From Macrostomum lignano (Eukaryota): DNA of 64,000 bases. Location: NCBI GenBank assembly GCA_002269645.1, contig NIVC01000659.1, positions 62,001-126,000 of the forward strand, in the 5' to 3' direction. The position numbers and the translations under genes were made by a program. Numbering within the stretch: position 1 is the first letter of the stretch; each line of letters opens with the position of its first letter. Below the pieces are notes generated by a model. It made no database searches, was not told where the DNA came from, and saw only the letters and a program-made list of their open reading frames with translations. This document shows positions 61,998 to 64,000 of this stretch, one piece after another.

Positions 61998-62432
61998 CTA
62001 TTGCAGCAAAATTGGCATTCAATTTTAATGAATATTTTTCATGGGAATATTTATGGGATATTTTTATATAAAACTGCTGTTTTTGTTAGTTAACTCAATT
62101 TAGATTTAGAGACTTTAAACAGTCTTTTAATACACGAGACAGCACACGGCACAAAACAGCCACCCCATAGATAATAACTCAATACTCAAGAATCGCATTT
62201 CAAATTTATTATAATTCTTATTAGTCTACTTGAGTAAGTAGAAAGTTAAGCGTTAAAACGACTCTTGGACGACTCTTTCGTGACTCAAACGATTCTGCAG
62301 CTCACGTGACGCGCTCGAGACTCAACAGTCGCCTCTCTGTCGCATTGCAGTCGTTTGAGTCGTTAAAAAGTCTTAAGAGTCGCCCCAGAGTCGCTAGAGT
62401 CACCAGTGAGTTGTTTACAATGACTCTTTAGC
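60832..62432. repeat. Pair of about 245-bp diverged direct repeats (60832-61080 and 62189-62432), rich in GACTC/GAGTC
   Basis: Both run AGAATCGCATTT...CTCACGTGA.GCGCTCG.GACTCAACAGTCGCCTC...TGACTCTTTAGC. Confidence 0.85.
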
Positions 62433-63214
62433 CATTCTTGTCACGGTAACGTTTTCAACAAGCCCAAGGTGATTTTCTTATAAGCATGGAGAAACCAGTG
62501 GGAGCTAAGCCAGGAATCGAGCCCGGGACCTTGGCTCCCTTTAAGGCTAGGCTACCCAAGCCTTTCTGGCATAGTTTACGGAAGCATAGTTTGAGTAAGT
62601 CCCTGGCTTGAACTCAAAGGTTATTTGACAGCACAGCAGTGTACATGGTAGGGTAGAGCATTAGTTAGTATTTTATTTGATTTAGAAATTTTTAACTGAT
62701 GGCAACTGGCATCCCGGTTATAAATTTGGCATCCAACCAAGTTTTAAAAAGCTACCTTAATGTTACTGCCCTAGCGCAATCGAAAATTATGCTAAAGTTT
62801 AACAAAAAATCAAAACAAAAGACATACAAAATAACTAATTAATGCATTTTATTGAAAGTACTCTGGTAGAGACAAATGAAAACAAATAAAATTACATAGT
62901 TAGAAAAGACTAGACATATACTGGGAAGCATTCCTTGCAGTTGTAGCAATTTCAAGTGTGTACACATCGAGCACCGAAACTGTTTGATGTACAGCAGTAA
63001 CATACCGTAATAGCATAAATAATTATATGTACAAAATCGCTAACAGTAGCAAGTATCAAGCATTGCATTACAAATTTAGGCAGTAATAGTTTGTGAGTTT
63101 GATTTTAGACTGTCGTTAATTTTTAATAGTACTACTGACACTACTACTACGAGTACTATATCCAAATGTGTAGAGTTACGGGCATAGAAATATTTGCCAC
63201 TGAATAACTGGGAC

Positions 63215-63422
63215 TTAAAGGACTTAAAAGACTGGGGGGGGGGTCGCCACACACATCCTCAATTACCCCAGCTAATGCTGGCACCCATTTTACAGCTGGG
63301 TGAACTGAAGCAATGCAGAGTTAAGTGTCTTGCTCAAGGACACAAATTGTTCCAAGTGGGGTCGAGAATCGAACCCCCAACCTTTCAGTTGTGAGTCAGA
63401 CTCAGACACTATCCACTAGGCT
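63215..63422 (-). mobile_element. CORE-type SINE, copy 2
   Basis: Homologous to 35186-35380. Confidence 0.7.
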
Positions 63423-63504
63423 ACAACCCCCTGTTAGTCACAATACCTACACTGTCACAGTGAATAAATCAATCAAAAGTAGGCAACGGCTATATTTACT
63501 CGGG

Positions 63505-63960
63505 CTACACAGCACAGTACGGAGTGACGCCAGTATCGCAGTGCAAGTGAACGCACACCACTGAAGCTGGCTGTGCTCCATCAATAGCCAGGCTGTACCG
63601 GCGGGTCACCCGGTACCGCAAGCTGTCCATACCGCTGGTTCTGTCTCGCCTGAAGGTCAATTCCCGCTGATTGCCAACAATGCGGCTGTCCCGGGCGTGC
63701 CTGCGCGGATCGTGCAGGTGGACGAAACTGGCCGTGCCGCTTGACAGATTGCGCAATCGACCAATAGATAGACCGGCCTCCATTAATCTAAGCCGGAACT
63801 CGTCGTCCTCGCGACCCCAGCCCCAGAATAGGTTGGAGAAGCCGCCAGACTTGGCGAATGCCTCACGCGTTAACAGCAGAATGCCGCCCATGTACTCTTT
63901 GTAGTGGTACTGCGGGTTGAGGGTTGACGGGTCGACGGTGTTCTTGAATGGGGCTTCAGT
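63505..63960 (-). CDS. B4GALT7: Beta-1,4-galactosyltransferase 7 (xylosylprotein galactosyltransferase I), terminal exon; 5' part lies beyond the window
   Basis: LNPQYHYKEYMGGILLL...SNLFWGWGREDDEF...FVHLHD...HARD...CDTGVTPYC matches the B4GALT7 catalytic C-terminus. The exon start is approximate. Confidence 0.9.
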   Translation of the reverse strand, partial: TEAPFKNTVDPSTLNPQYHYKEYMGGILLLTREAFAKSGGFSNLFWGWGREDDEFRLRLMEAGLSIGRLRNLSSGTASFVHLHDPRRHARDSRIVGNQRELTFRRDRTSGMDSLRYRVTRRYSLAIDGAQPASVVCVHLHCDTGVTPYCAV

Positions 63961-64000
63961 GCGATTGTTTCTTAGCAGTACATCACAACTCTTTTTTGAA

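Overview
Eukaryotic, intron-containing, very repeat-rich genomic DNA. GC-rich exons, minisatellite-filled introns and the transposon types suggest an invertebrate such as the flatworm Macrostomum lignano; this species call is inference only. Splicing by hand gives these genes: the last exon of a calmodulin-like gene; an orphan 2-exon secreted 8-Cys protein; a 7-exon SRCR-lysyl oxidase-like gene; a very divergent 9-exon AP-3 delta-adaptin; an ankyrin-repeat DHHC-fold protein whose catalytic DHHC has become WRHS; three C-type-lectin/PAN paralogs (one intact, one with an early stop, one frameshifted) bracketing an unidentified secreted three-domain protein with two furin-type sites; a 4-exon C14orf93-like gene; and the 3' exon of B4GALT7. 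Mobile DNA includes a full-length Ty3/Gypsy element with apparently identical 1113-bp LTRs (nested in a SINE inside an intron), a solo LTR, an internally deleted mariner, hAT-type MITEs, foldback elements and two SINE families. The most unusual signals are (i) the furin-punctuated secreted polyprotein in the lectin cluster, (ii) a Gypsy LTR whose end carries two extra 63-bp [att end + tRNA-Leu PBS] units, (iii) the WRHS pseudo-palmitoyltransferase, and (iv) a different minisatellite in most large introns, including an array of RFX X-box-like motifs. Exon boundaries come from manual GT-AG and phase checks. Homology calls come from recognised motifs, not database searches.
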